From Octopus sinensis (Eukaryota), in NCBI RefSeq assembly GCF_006345805.1, contig NC_043000.1, positions 113,212,001-113,276,000 on the forward strand: a stretch of DNA of 64,000 nt, read 5' to 3'. A program made the position numbers and the translations under genes. Every line of letters starts with the position of its first letter. The stretch's first letter is position 1. The notes beneath the pieces were generated by a model. That model saw only the letters and a program-made list of their open reading frames with translations, made no database searches and was not told where the DNA came from. Below are positions 1-14,229 of the stretch, piece by piece.

Positions 1-147
1 CCGCACGAGTGGAATTATATACGAAAGAAGGTTTGAAAATGGAATTTTAAGAGATGTTTATTTACTTTACAGTTTCACTCTTTGTCAAAAGTAAAATGTA
101 GAAGTTTGGTCGCGTTAATTATTGGCTGTTACAAAGTGCTACATTAC

Positions 148-181
<34 letters not shown>

Positions 182-183
<2 letters not shown>

Positions 184-648
184 CATCATCATCGTTTAAC
201 GTCCGCTTTCCGCGCTAGCACGGGTTGGACGGTTCGACGGGGTCTGGGAAGCCAGGGGCCGCTCCAGGCTCCAGTCTGAATCTGGCAGAGTTTCTACGGC
301 TGGATGCCCTTCCTACGCCAACCACTCCGTGAGTGGATGGGTGCTTTTTACGTGCCACCTGCACAGGGGCCGGAGGGTCCGGCATCGTCACGATCGGTCG
401 AGCATTTTAACTTGTCAGCGGCACGGGGGCAACGAGGTCCGGGGTACTTTGGGGATCGGGGTACTTTGGGGATCCAGGGTACTTTGGATCCGGGGTGGGG
501 GTACTTAGAATGGGTAGGGGGTATGTGGAATTGCTGCAGAAAGCAGCCCGGGTCTTTGTAGTCACAGCATATCTCCAGAGATCTCGGTCCTTCGCCATTG
601 CCTCAGTGAGGCCCAATGTTCTGAGGTCATGCTTGACCACCTCATCCC
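182..648 (-). mobile_element. 3' fragment of an RTE-clade LINE (end of ORF, 3' UTR, (GAT)n tail)
   Basis: Minus strand encodes WDEVVKHDLRTLGLTEAMAKDRDLWRYAV, the typical RTE C-terminal W.D.V..DL..LGL....A.DR..WR motif. Plus strand carries the RTE 3'-end motif TTTCTACGGCTGGATGCCCTTCCT and ends in (CAT)n next to (TA)n. An internal ~17-bp GGGGTACTTTGGGGAT tandem lies at ~440-510. Confidence 0.85.
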
Positions 649-685
<37 letters not shown>

Positions 686-917
686 CACACAGAGGGAGGG
701 AAATATTTTCATGTATAATCACAATTAAAAACAATTTCGTGTTTTTACTTATGTGGAATACAAATAATATTTTAACAAGAATATTATCAACAGTGACTTC
801 GAAGCTTCGTCGTACAAGAGAATCATCGAACAGCCTGATGATGCCTCAGCATATAAATACATGTGTGTGTGTGTGTGTGTGTGTGCATGTATGTATAGAT
901 ATATGTATATATATATA

Positions 918-1070
918 GGCGCAGGAGTGGCTGTGTGGTAAGTAGCTTGCTTACCAACTACATGATGCGTGGCATCTTGGGCAAGTGTCTTCTGCTATAG
1001 CCCCGGGCCGACCAATGCCTTGTGAGTGGATTTGGTAGACGGAAACTGAAAGAAGCATGTCGTATATATG

Positions 1071-1105
<35 letters not shown>

Positions 1106-1322
1106 GTGTTTGTGTGTCTGTGTTTGTCCCCCTAGCATTGCTTGACAACCGATGCTTGTGTGTTTACGTCCCCGTCACTTAGCGGTTCGGCAAAAGAGAC
1201 CGATAGAATAAGTACTGGGCTTACAAAAGAATAAGTCCCGGGGTCGATTTGCTCGACTAAAGGCGGTGCTCCAGCATGGCCGCAGTCAAATGACTGAAAC
1301 AAGTAAAAGAGTAAAAAGAGTA
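918..1322 (+). mobile_element. tRNA-derived SINE, family A (internal TA/TG microsatellite, AAGAGTA tail); B-box region deleted in this copy
   Basis: Starts GGCGCAGGAGTGGCTGTGTGGTAAG and ends TGAAACAAGTAAAAGAGTAAAAAGAG. Near-identical copies occur at 29391-29810 and 51221-51645. Confidence 0.9.
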
Positions 1323-1790
1323 ATATATATATATATATATGCGTGTATGTATGTATATTTTCTGTTGTGTGTATGGAGCGAGTGAATGTGTGAATGTGAC
1401 AATGTTTGATTGGTGGTTTCATCGTGTGCGTTTGTATGTCTGTCAACGAGGGCTTCCGTGTTGTTATCATTTCCTTCGGCAATATAAGACGAAATACATA
1501 TACGCATTAAAATAAAAAATGAGATGAATCTAGATATCTGGGAACAATCCCATCAAATTAGACGTTGAAGTTTATGAATAATTCAGTTTGAGCAGAATAG
1601 ACACTTGCTGGAAGTCGACCAATATTTATAGTGAAGAAGGAGTAGGTGGTACCGAGTTATTTAGATACATACATAATATACATATATACATACATACATA
1701 CATACATATATACATACATAGATACATACGTAAATACATACATAAAAACATGCACAAACACCTATAATACAATATATGTGTGTACGTATG

Positions 1791-1839
<49 letters not shown>

Positions 1840-2143
1840 TCACACACACATGCATATATATATCAAGAGATGGAGAGAGAGACACACACAAAATAAGTGA
1901 GAATGGAAAATGGAGGCTGGCAGAGTAAGAAAGTGAGGAATATGCAAATGTACATGAATGTAAATGTGTGTATACACAAGGATACACACGTAGGTAAGGT
2001 ACATAGGTACATATATACAAAAGAAGTAGGTGTATACATACATACATACATACATATATATACATATATATTATACATACATATGTTTATATATATATTC
2101 ATATTTACATACATATATGCATATACACACACATATTTGTGTC

Positions 2144-2187
<44 letters not shown>

Positions 2188-2340
2188 TATACATGAATGT
2201 ATATAGATAGCTTTCAATTTATGTATTGATTCGCCTATAATTTTTATGTATTATACACACAATTTTGTGTTCTTTTACTCTTTTTATACTTGTGTTCTGT
2301 ACAAACACACGTATATACATATATACATATATAATATATT

Positions 2341-2374
<34 letters not shown>

Positions 2375-2502
2375 TCAATATATATATACATGTATGTAAA
2401 TATGCATATATATTTTATGTATATACAAAATGAGAGACCATTTTATGTGTGTATATATATACATGTATACATATGTGTGTATATGTATATATAGCTTGGT
2501 CG

Positions 2503-2544
<42 letters not shown>

Positions 2545-2611
2545 CAAATGAGATACTTACGTGGGCGTGAATGTCTTTGTGAATGGGTGAGAGTGTGTAT
2601 TTGCCATTGTG

Positions 2612-2648
<37 letters not shown>

Positions 2649-2899
2649 TGCAAACACACACACACACACACACACACTCACACACGTATCCCGTTGCCTG
2701 TATATAAATATATAAAGTGGAGAAGAAAGATCCAGATTGGGTTGTATTATATAACCGAATGTTACAGCTTTTATATTCTTCGAATGAGATGTAAAGGAAT
2801 CGTTCATAATTGTTGTAGGTAAGAAATGGGAAGGGTGCCTTTCATACATCAGCCGTGTACATGATAAGGGCTGACGGGCTCTATATTATGTGCTCATCG

Positions 2900-2958
<59 letters not shown>

Positions 2959-3375
2959 CACCCATGTGGATGAAAAAGGTTGATGGTATGCGTATCATAT
3001 AATCATATCATGTGCTCTCCCTCTGTCACTCACTTCCTCTCCCTTCCCCCTTTCTGTCGCTCTTTGTTCTTACATACTTCCACGCACATGCATGAATATA
3101 CATACATACATACACACAGAGACATAAATATATATATATATATATATATATACATGTGTGTGTGTGTGTGTAGAAGATGATGGCCGTGTGCATGATAAGA
3201 GTTGAATGTCTGTATATCATATGATCAGCCATATAGCTTTATATCAGTGTGTATAAATTAATAGAGAAATGATGAGAAACGAGTATGAATGAATCAGATG
3301 AAATTAATATATACATTGCTTTAAATACATACAGGGCTACATACGTTCACGGATTAATATACATACATATATATT

Positions 3376-3406
<31 letters not shown>

Positions 3407-3916
3407 ACTAATATTTATATATATATATATATAATATATATACACATATATATACATACATACATTTATATATATATATTTACATGCATATATATATACA
3501 TATATATATACATACATATTTATATATATATGTATATATGTATTATATATATATATGTATATATATATATGCATTATATATATATATATATATAAATAAA
3601 GGTATGTATATATATATATATATATATATACATACATACATACATATCTTCCTATATATATGCACATACACGCACGCGCGCACGCACGTATATATATGTG
3701 TGTGTGTATGAATATACTATATATATATGTGTGTATATGTAACTATATGTGCGTGTCTGTACTTCTGTGCACATAAATGTTTCTGCATGCACTAATGGAG
3801 AACCCAAGATATATACATATATATTATATACCCAGATAGAAAATATGAATACGTACATACATATATATATATACGCATTTAGACACACACACACACACTT
3901 ATTATACATACATGCA

Positions 3917-3972
<56 letters not shown>

Positions 3973-4264
3973 CTAGAACAGATATTGTTATAGATATATA
4001 TACAGCATACATGCATTCCCCATGCCATGAACCGTGTATGTTGTGTGTGGTGTTGATGCGTGTGTATGCGTTTCTCTGTAAAGATCCATGCCTTTTGAAT
4101 GCATCAAAAAAACATGTATCACACCTTCGCAAATCAATCACCGGCCATTTTTGATGTTTTCCATATTAGATACGTCCCTACAATCCCATCTATCGATCTT
4201 TCCAGAATCCATCATATGAAAACACGATTACACAATACATATATATCTTCTATCTATCTATCTA

Positions 4265-4325
<61 letters not shown>

Positions 4326-4449
4326 ATATATACATGTAAACGTATAGTTCATATATATAGATGTATATATATATATATATGTATATATATATGTATATAT
4401 ATAGATATAATATATGCGCAACATATATACAAGTATATGTATAGTATAG

Positions 4450-4499
<50 letters not shown>

Positions 4500-4864
4500 T
4501 TATTTATATATATTTATACGTGTATATATGTGCAAGTACTTGCATTTATGTACGTATATATGTATAAATGTAAGTACTTTTCCAGAATTAACACATTGGC
4601 ATTCGATATCGATCCTTCTGCTGCTCCTACGCTAACAACTTCTTTTGGTACCAGACAATTCTTCTAGCGATGTAATTTCATATTTCTCCCAGCATGTGTT
4701 ATATATTGGTAATGGTAATATGGGAAACATCCTAAATATATATATCTCCTCATATAAAGATCTAATATGCTATAAGTTCAGGATGTTTCCGAATCTCATT
4801 TAATATTTATTGTTATAATTTCTCTGTTGTTATTGTTATTGTTGTAATATATTAAATCGTTGTT

Positions 4865-5047
4865 AAGGCGGCGAGCTGGCAGGATCCCTACCATGCCATG
4901 CAAAATGCATTGCAGCGCTTCGTTCGTCATTGCGGTCTAAGTTCAAAATCCGCTGACGTCGATTTTCCTTTCATCCTTTCAATATGAATCGACTTAATCT
5001 TTTCCCTCGCTATTATTAGTCTTGTACAAGAAATCTGAAAGCATTAT
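4865..5047 (+). mobile_element. Degraded SINE family B with target-site duplication
   Basis: AAGGCGGCGAGCTGGCAG head and CCTTTCATCCTTTC core, flanked by ATT(A/G)AATCGTTGTT at ~4851 and ~5048. Confidence 0.7.
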
Positions 5048-5263
5048 ATTGAATCGTTGTTGCGACTAGTATTTATTGTAGTGACGAAGATGGACTCACC
5101 ATCCGTTTCTAACTGACGTGTGACTATTTGTTATATCAACAGGATTATAGAATCAACCGGGCTATTGAATCGTTGTAGCGACTAGTATTTGGTGCAGTGA
5201 CGAGAATGGACTCACCATCCGTTTCTAGCAGTCGGGTGTCTATTTGTTATATCAACTGGACTA
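5048..5263. repeat. Two-copy tandem duplication, ~116-bp unit
   Basis: ATTGAATCGTTGT(T/A)GCGACTAGTATTT...ATGGACTCACCATCCGTTTCTA...CTATTTGTTATATCAAC is repeated at ~5048 and ~5164. Confidence 0.8.
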
Positions 5264-5577
5264 TTTACTCATCGAATTAGAGTGCTTAGTGGCTGAGTAA
5301 ACCACAAACATGTATAACTGTGTCATTGTTCTGAAATGGAGTGAACATGACACACTATATGAAAAAACTGTTTATTTAAGTTAGAAATATATTACGTCGC
5401 ACAAACTTCCGCATAGTTTCCTTGCGTTCACTTTCAGTCATAAAATTTGGTGGGTTTGAGGTTACGTGAAAGAAACTTGCTGAAGCTATTCCACATTAAG
5501 TTAGAACTGAACCTTCTTGGCTTCAGAATGAACGTCATAACCATTTATCTGTGCCTGTATAGTTTGTAGTGACGATA

Positions 5578-5915
5578 TGTTTCTTTATTACTCACAAGGG
5601 GCTAAACATAGAGAGGACAAACAAGGGCAGACAAACGGATTAAGTCGATTACATCGACTCCAGTGCGTAACTGGTACATGATTTATTGACCCCGAAAGGA
5701 TGTAAGGCAAAGTCGACCTCGGCGGAATTTGAACTCAGAAAGGTAACGGCAGACGAAATACGGCTACGCATTTCGCCCGGCGTTCTAACGTTTCTGCCAG
5801 CTCGCCGCCTTATAAAGGCAAAGGTGATCTAGGTGGAATTTGAACTCAGAACGTAACGACGGGCGAATGCTAAGCATTTTGTCCAGCTTGCTAACGATTC
5901 TGCCAGCTCACCATC
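5578..5915 (-). mobile_element. SINE family B: partial head plus full copy, enclosed by one 15-bp direct repeat
   Basis: Full copy at 5580-5812 and partial 5' copy at 5815-5914. TTTGTAGTGACGATA occurs at 5563-5577 and 5916-5930. Confidence 0.85.
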
Positions 5916-6021
5916 TTTGTAGTGACGATAGAAACTGGATAATAAGCCTAAATTTCCATCTCATTTACACAGCATCTCCTGAATACTTTGTTGTTCTTAA
6001 GATATTATACTTTGTTGATTT

Positions 6022-6260
6022 GAAGGCGTGTTGCCTAACTGTTAGGATTGTTGACTTCACGATCACTAGGTCCTGGTTTCGATTCCCGAACCAACCGCTG
6101 CGTTGTGGTTTTGACGAAAACGATTCCCTTCCCAATCCCATAATTCGATCAGCTAAATGAATCAACAGGCGTTCCATTCAGAGGTTCAACTCTGAACTCG
6201 GTCACTTATACGCGATCGAAATAGAGCAACCGTCTCTATGGTTTCTAGTATACAAGATCT
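6022..6260 (+). mobile_element. Old degraded tRNA-derived SINE (family C/D-type head)
   Basis: GAAGGCGTGTTGCCTAACTGTTAGG...GGTTTCGATTCC has pol III A/B-box-like spacing and resembles the heads of the copies at 13845-14167 and 17915-18128. Confidence 0.5.
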
Positions 6261-6749
6261 GTCCAGGTATACCTCATATTTTGTTGTGAATATTTTGTGA
6301 CGGGAAGAAGGTGGGCGAGCAAAATATACTCTAATGGACTCACACTGAGAAATTCCATATATCCACCACTTATCTCATATCACCCTCTCTTTCACTCATT
6401 CTCTCTCTCTCTCTCTTTCTCTCTCTCTCGCTCTCCCCTTCTCAGCCGATATAAATGCTGGTTGTTTGTTGGATTTATGAATAGAGAGAGGGAGAAGAGA
6501 GAGAGAGAGAGAAAGAGAGAATGTGTTAACACAAGAGGTGAAGGGTGAGTATGAATATTAGTCTTCGTTACTCACAGTAAAAGAGAAAGTATCAGAGAAA
6601 CAGAGTAGGATATGAAGTTGCGTGGATGCAAACAAACCAACGTCGGTTGTCAACTAGTAAAGAAACTAGTTGTGAACTAGTAAATGAAAGCTCAAAATTG
6701 CCCCCCCCCACATAATACTTAAGAAACATACTTACATATATGCAAACAT

Positions 6750-6790
<41 letters not shown>

Positions 6791-7295
6791 CAAGTCTGTA
6801 AATGTATTTGGGTGTCGACTTTGTGCAACTTGACAACTGGCATCAGTTTGTTTTGCATGTCCGCAACTTAACGTTTCATCAGAAAGCGATTGATAGACTA
6901 TACATCACACTTAAAATGAAAATAAATGGGTTGTGGCGGGGAGGAGGACGATGCTGCTTTAGAACCCCGAACATGGCCGCAATCCAATGACTGAATCAAG
7001 TTACAGGAAAATTAGATTACGCTTCAGTTGATAACAATTCCACTCCCACTTGTAACATCAACAATCTATATTCAATGGCAGCATAACAGAGTCTGTGAGT
7101 TATTCGTAAATGTCTATAAGGATTCTGTAATGCAATTGAAATATAAACGTTTCAAAGAATAAATAAAACCGAAAACAATTTACGCTAAGATGATAGCAAT
7201 TGCTTCATGTTCTATTGTAAAACTAAATACAAACATTAATTCGTGGAATAGATTAAGTCTTCATGCATTTTATACATTTTTTTCTGTATATTATT

Positions 7296-7360
<65 letters not shown>

Positions 7361-7835
7361 CATCATCATCATCATCATTATTATTATTATGGTCTGCGTT
7401 GTTTTCTTTATAGATTATTTATTGGTGGGTTATTTTTGTTTGATTTTCGGATCGTTAATCTCAAATTTGCAGTCCGATTTCAACCCCCACATCCCTCTTT
7501 CTTTCACCCCACCCACAGACCTACACACAGAAACACACAATAGACATATATATTATTGCTTTATTCTCAATGTCTCCTCTCTCTCTCTCTCATTTTATAT
7601 ATATACATACATACATACATGCATACATATATATACATAAATATATATATATACATATATATATATATATGTGTATATATATGGATGTATATATATGTGT
7701 ATATATATATATGTGTATATATGTATTTATATATATCTATGTATATATATACATACATATATATATATGCTTATGTACTTTAAGTAAGTAGAAATATTTG
7801 TATATAAAAATAAATATATGTATGTGTGTATGTAT

Positions 7836-7900
<65 letters not shown>

Positions 7901-8386
7901 TATCAAGAGACGCATTATACGTTGAAATATGGCACTAAAGAACACTTGTATGTAATGTCTACGTAGAAATGTTGATAGTGAAAGAGAAAAAAAAAATGTT
8001 TAGTGTAATAGACCAGAAAACAACAGCAACAGAACTCAAAGAGTTTGGAATTCTATAGCTACCATTTCTAATTGACCTGAACATGATGTTATACAATGTA
8101 GAAGCGAAGTGCATAAAACATTGTTAAATGTTTGAAAGCTGTCTCTGTCTCTGCTTAAAATTTGTTGTCGATTGAAAAGTGTTGCTTAGTTTCACCGATC
8201 GACAATTATATTCTAGATAACATACATGCTGTAGAAATCTAATGGGTGGGTAGCCATGTTTGTGTCTGTTGTTTGTTTGCGTTTTCATACTTGTTTCTAT
8301 GGGTATGCATGCGTATATATTCTCACGCCTACATTGATGTATATATTTATTATTATATACCTACATGTATATAGCTATATATATAT

Positions 8387-8436
<50 letters not shown>

Positions 8437-9061
8437 ATATATATATATATATATATAGATATATATTTTAATAGTTAATAACGTTCTGGTTATCATTTAT
8501 GCAGTCATCAAAATTGGTATAATGTTTGTTGTTGAGATAGGTTCTCTTTCTTTCCTGATGAGAAGATTCCATTATTGTACTCCGTTTACTCCTTTGGAAT
8601 AAAACCAATGTTGTCTTCGAAGCAAATGTCGAAAGTAAAAGAATTTGAATAGCATCTGCGTTCAACTCCATTTATTTACTTATACTACATAAATGACTGC
8701 ATATTAACGCGGAGTTTCTACCTTTGAATAGGTGTCTACATCCTTGTTACTTGTATAAAGTTTGCTAACCTGGTAACTGTTTATTGAATTTTCCATGTTA
8801 ACGGTAAACAAATGATAATTCATTCATCCATTTATATATATATATATATATATATTATTGTTATTATAATTTAAAATTTCTATTATATGTAATTTTCTAG
8901 ATGGTGTAATTTAATTGTTTATTTTGAATAATAAAAGGTGTTTTTTTTTCTAATTTTTTATATATATATATGTGTTGAAATTTGATTTTGTATTTCTAAA
9001 TTGAATTTTTTTCCCTGTAAGTTTGGATTTATATTCCCTCAAATAACTATTATTTTTATAT

Positions 9062-9093
<32 letters not shown>

Positions 9094-9407
9094 ATGAATG
9101 TATAATATGCAGACATGTTTGCTGTTGTTTGTATATGTAATTGTACAATGTACAAGCCGGCAGGAGTGGTAGAGATGTTTACGTTACTGTAAACAGTTTA
9201 ATGTTTGTCTATGTAACGAATAACGCTGAATAAGTTCAGAAACGTCGTTTATATATTGTCTCATGTCTCATATTTTGAAATGTGAGTAATAATTATTCGT
9301 ATCAGTGAAGTCGGAGACGAGAATTTATTCAAACAACATTCGTTCAACATGCGCACACAAACAAAGACACAGACGCGCGTACACGCACACACACACAAAC
9401 GAGAACA

Positions 9408-9440
<33 letters not shown>

Positions 9441-9831
9441 ACACACACACACATCACTATCAATTACATTCTTGTTTAAGAATAGTATTCTACGAAAGTA
9501 TGGAATAACGACTGAGATTAATGTGAAACCGTTTTTATTATAAGTAAACAGAAAACAAACATTAACACACCCACCCACAACCACACAAACACACACATAT
9601 AAATGTGTATATACATACATACACACACACTCATACCCACACACAAATAAATACATGTATATCCGCGTATGTATGTGCATGTGCGTACATGAACACAATG
9701 ATGTGTGCATAGGTAGATATACGTTTGTATGTGCATGTATGCCTGTATGCATGTATATATGTGTGTATGTTTACATGTGTATAGATATATATATGTGTCT
9801 GTGTATGTGTATATACACGTGTGTGTGTGAG

Positions 9832-9878
<47 letters not shown>

Positions 9879-10376
9879 GAATATTTACGAAAAGAAAATA
9901 TAAAATACACGTGGAAATGTAAGGGTAAAATATGAAAAAATCAACGAAAATGCATACTGCAAATAGAAAAAGGCTATTTTAGGACAGGTAGTGACAAATA
10001 TATACATTTAGATTGACTGAGGTGGTAGTATACGAGTCATAACGGTCATTTAAATGATGTTATAAGAGATAATAAACTAAGAGAACAAAACGAACCACTG
10101 CTTTACGCGAATCTATTCATCGTTTGAACAACACCGGTTAATATACGGTGTCAGGTCTAATAGATCCCGAGAAAAAAAGATTATTTGTAAGGGAGGTAAG
10201 TAGCTCTGGAATTAGAGATGTGAGTGATGTAGGTAGTGTATAGGGTTTAGTGGTTTCAATTGAAGAGTTAGTGGTGTTCTGTATTGAGTTGTATGTTCAT
10301 ATTTAGTTGGGGGAGAATTTGTTGATGAAAAATGTTTCTTTATTCAACCTTCATATATATATATATATATATATAT

Positions 10377-10448
<72 letters not shown>

Positions 10449-10540
10449 GATATGTATTATAATATATATATATATATACACGTGTGTTTGTGTGCGTACG
10501 TGTATGAATATGAGTGTACATGTGTGCATATGCAGATTCT

Positions 10541-10686
10541 ATGATGGGCTTCTTTCAGTATCCGTCTACCAAATCCACTCACAAGGCCTTGGTCGGACCG
10601 AGGCTATAGTAGAAGACACTTGCCCAAGATTCCACGCAGTGGAACTGAACCCGGAAACATGTGGTTGGTAAGCAAGCTACTTACCA
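10541..10686 (-). mobile_element. SINE family A, 5' half
   Basis: Reverse complement of the family A head/body (GGTAAGTAGCTTGCTTACCAACCACATG...GGATTTGGTAGACGGA). Confidence 0.85.
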
Positions 10687-11073
10687 TCTTTCTCCTTCTT
10701 GCTGGTGTTGTGGCTGCACGTTTAGGTTACTTACTTTTGCTTATATTTTCGTTATTGGGGATGCGTTTGCTCTATTGCCGTTTGGTTAATCTGTAGATTC
10801 CTTGGCGGCACATCAACCTTTCTATATGTTGTGGCAAGGCGTCAGCCAGTAGCCATTTTCAAACCCCTCTTTCTACGGCCACAGTTTTTCAAGATCCGCT
10901 CAGCTCCGTCTTCCTCTTCTTCGGTTAACGTCAAGTCACAGGATTTCAAAACGCAGGAGGGGGAAAGCAGCGACGGAGGTGGACCGTGTCGCTGTGTACT
11001 TGGTGTGTGTGTTGGTGATCGTGGAAAAAGTCGAAGGAAGGAGACAAAGGAGGATAAGACGGGAGCAGTAGTT

Positions 11074-11133
<60 letters not shown>

Positions 11134-11171
11134 CGGTGGTGGTGGTGGTGGTGGTGGTAGCTGTAGTGGTT

Positions 11172-11212
<41 letters not shown>

Positions 11213-11225
11213 GGTGGTGGTGGTG

Positions 11226-11276
<51 letters not shown>

Positions 11277-11343
11277 ATAGTAGTAGAAGATGAAGAAAAG
11301 GATGATAAAAAATGTAGGAGAGGAAGAAAAAGTAGAAGAAATG

Positions 11344-11377
<34 letters not shown>

Positions 11378-11381
11378 TAGT

Positions 11382-11434
<53 letters not shown>

Positions 11435-11464
11435 AAGAAGAAGAAGAAGAAGAAGAAGAAGAAA

Positions 11465-11496
<32 letters not shown>

Positions 11497-11530
11497 AACG
11501 AAAAGAAGAGGGAAAATAACAACAACAACA
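11074..11530. repeat. Compound trinucleotide/tetranucleotide microsatellite (TAG/TGG/CAG/AAG/AAAG/AAC)
   Basis: Read directly from the sequence; it explains the homopolymeric ORFs in the track. Confidence 0.95.
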
Positions 11531-11644
11531 ATCCAACGAATACGCAACTAGAAATGAAAAAAAGGAGAAAAATAGAATGATTAAAAGGAAAAGAGAAACA
11601 TCTAAAGAAGATTATTTCTTAGAGTACACGTCATCCTATTTTGT

Positions 11645-11675
<31 letters not shown>

Positions 11676-11807
11676 TAATAATAATAATAATAATAATAAT
11701 AGTGATAAGCAAAAACTGATTTCTTCATATTTTTTCTAGATATTTACTCTGGACATAAGTGTGGCTATGTGTGCGTATATGTATTTATGAATATATGTAT
11801 ATATACA

Positions 11808-11862
<55 letters not shown>

Positions 11863-12219
11863 ATGCGTTATATGTGTATGCGTGTGAGTGTATTATTATA
11901 TGTTTGCCGTCGTAGATATATCAGCAGTGGCTGTCAATGACCTACAACTGACGTTGACACATTCGGTTAAATTGACATCATAATAGATGTCTGTCCAATT
12001 TCCCTAATTGAACGTATTATTAAATTATTCCTTATTCTAAAACACACACACACGCGCACAAGTATACACATACGCACGCACGTAGATACGCAGACACGAA
12101 TGCACGCAGGCACACACACACACACAATCCCACGCCCATCTGTATGTGGTCAGCGTCTTTGCTTTAATGTTATTACTAAATAAACTTTGTCACTCCACTT
12201 CATTTTGCCATATACATGT

Positions 12220-12253
<34 letters not shown>

Positions 12254-12439
12254 ATATATATATATATGTATATATGCATACATTTATGCGTGTGTATGTG
12301 TGTATGTGTGCATGTGTATGTATATATAAATATACTTATAAATGCATGCATAGATATATATAATTATATACATATATATATATATATAAACCCACACATA
12401 TATGTGTATACATATATATTTGTATATGTGCATATGTAA

Positions 12440-12493
<54 letters not shown>

Positions 12494-12658
12494 CTATATA
12501 TAAATACATACATGTATGTGTCCGTGTATGTCTGTATGCGTGTATGTGTGTATGCGTGCTTATATATGTATATGTGTATATATATATATATTGTGTGTGT
12601 ATGTATATATATATATTAAGGTGTGTGTGTGTATATATATATGTGTGTGTGTATGCAT

Positions 12659-12702
<44 letters not shown>

Positions 12703-12810
12703 AAAGAGAGAGAGAGATTAATACCTGCAAATATACTTAGAGACTCACAACGATTTATAGGGATGTATTGATATGTGCATGTATGCGTGTATGTATGTAT
12801 GCATGAATGC

Positions 12811-12841
<31 letters not shown>

Positions 12842-13317
12842 CACGTGTGTTTACGTCTCAGTATCATGTATATCTACAATGTTTACCCTGTAATAACATT
12901 AAATAAATACATTGATTTGATACGCGGACGTCATATATCAGATGCCGTGTAGGCATTCACTTGACTCTGTCATGAACAACAACAGACGCCGCCATGTTCA
13001 TACTTGAATAACTCCGTGTCTGCTTGTCTAATTTCGATCTTATGTTTGTCCATTCTTTGTTTTTTATTTGCTTCACGATGAGAAAGAAGAACAGCATTGA
13101 CTGATAACGAAAGAGGCCAAGTGCTTTTTCTCTAGAATATTCCTTCATTTTTGGACTTTTGTTTTGTGACTGGTTAATGTTTTGTGAATGTCAATCGAAT
13201 GTCTCCTTTTCATGCGTTAATCAAGAAAGGAAAAGTATTGACTATGAGCTTTAATTTGCAGCATTTTGTGACAAGTGAGGATAAGATATAGAGTTACTAT
13301 TTAGAAAGACCTGACCC

Positions 13318-13829
13318 GGATGCGAATTTTTTTCCACGAGAGTTCTGGACCCCAGTAATGAACTCATTTGCATAAATCCACTCAGAGCTCATCTTGTCCT
13401 CATTGTCAAGTTAGCAATTGTTGGGATTCAAGAACGATTGCCAAATTATTTCTGATTTTAGAAGGAGACAAGTAATTAGATAGTTTTACATCTATACCTA
13501 TAATCGGATTTGTTAGGGCCCCACATGGTAAAGATGTGAATGGGAAAAATGTGGGTAGAGGGTGATGTGCTAGCAACCCTCCTCCCCTTACTGTTTTACA
13601 AAGTAAACAACAACACAAATATCTACGCAGATGCAGCCATGGTTGGTACAAAAACAACAAACATTATTAAAAGAGAAAAGAAGTATGGTCATTCCTTACC
13701 CCAGTGACCTTATCTTGTCGCCCATCACTTGTTATGCGCTTAGTTTGATAGCTGAGCTCTAGTTGGTTGTATGCAAATGAGTTCTTAACTGGGGTCCGTA
13801 ACTCACGTTGGAAAAAGTTTCGCGGCCCG
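13318..13829. mobile_element. Non-autonomous DNA transposon (MITE-like) with ~70-bp imperfect terminal inverted repeats
   Basis: 13322-13391 GCGAATTTTTTTCCACGAGAGTTCTGGACCCCAGTAATGAACTCATTTGCATAAATCCACTCAGAGCTC closely matches the reverse complement of 13754-13823 GAGCTCTAGTTGGTTGTATGCAAATGAGTTCTTAACTGGGGTCCGTAACTCACGTTGGAAAAAGTTTCGC. No ORF inside. Confidence 0.7.
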
Positions 13830-13844
13830 CATGACTGCAACTAC

Positions 13845-14167
13845 GAGACTCCGCTAAAGTTACAACGACGAGGCTTCCAATTGATCGGATCACGTGATCA
13901 ACCTGCTCATAAAGTTAATGTGCAAATGGCTGGGTACTTCACAGACACACGTTCCTTTAACCTAGTTTTCAGGGAGATTCAGTGTGATAAAGAATGTGAC
14001 ACGGCTGGCCCCCTTGAATTACAAATACTACTTATTCTTGCCCTCTAAGTGGACAGGAGCATCATGAAATACGTGTTTTGCCCAAGGACGCAAAATGCTG
14101 CCGAGAATCGAACTCATGACCTTACGATCAAGAGACAAATGCTCCAATCACTAAGTAACACGCTCTC
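13845..14167 (-). mobile_element. tRNA-derived SINE, family C
   Basis: Minus strand reads GAGAGCGTGTTACTTAGTG...GAGTTCGATTCTC...GTCCTTGGGCAAAACAC. The body aligns with the plus-strand copy at 17376-17690. Confidence 0.75.
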
Positions 14168-14229
14168 GCACATAGCTATAAACTAGTGTCTGTGGTTCTA
14201 TATTCAATATAAGCATATAGCTATATATA

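Noticed and set aside
795-852. CTGATGA followed by a short hairpin
   Set aside because: No GAAA core or compatible stems I and III.
10831-11070. GC-richer segment with an 81-aa ORF, a possible exon
   Set aside because: No recognisable domain in the frames examined and no supportable splice context.
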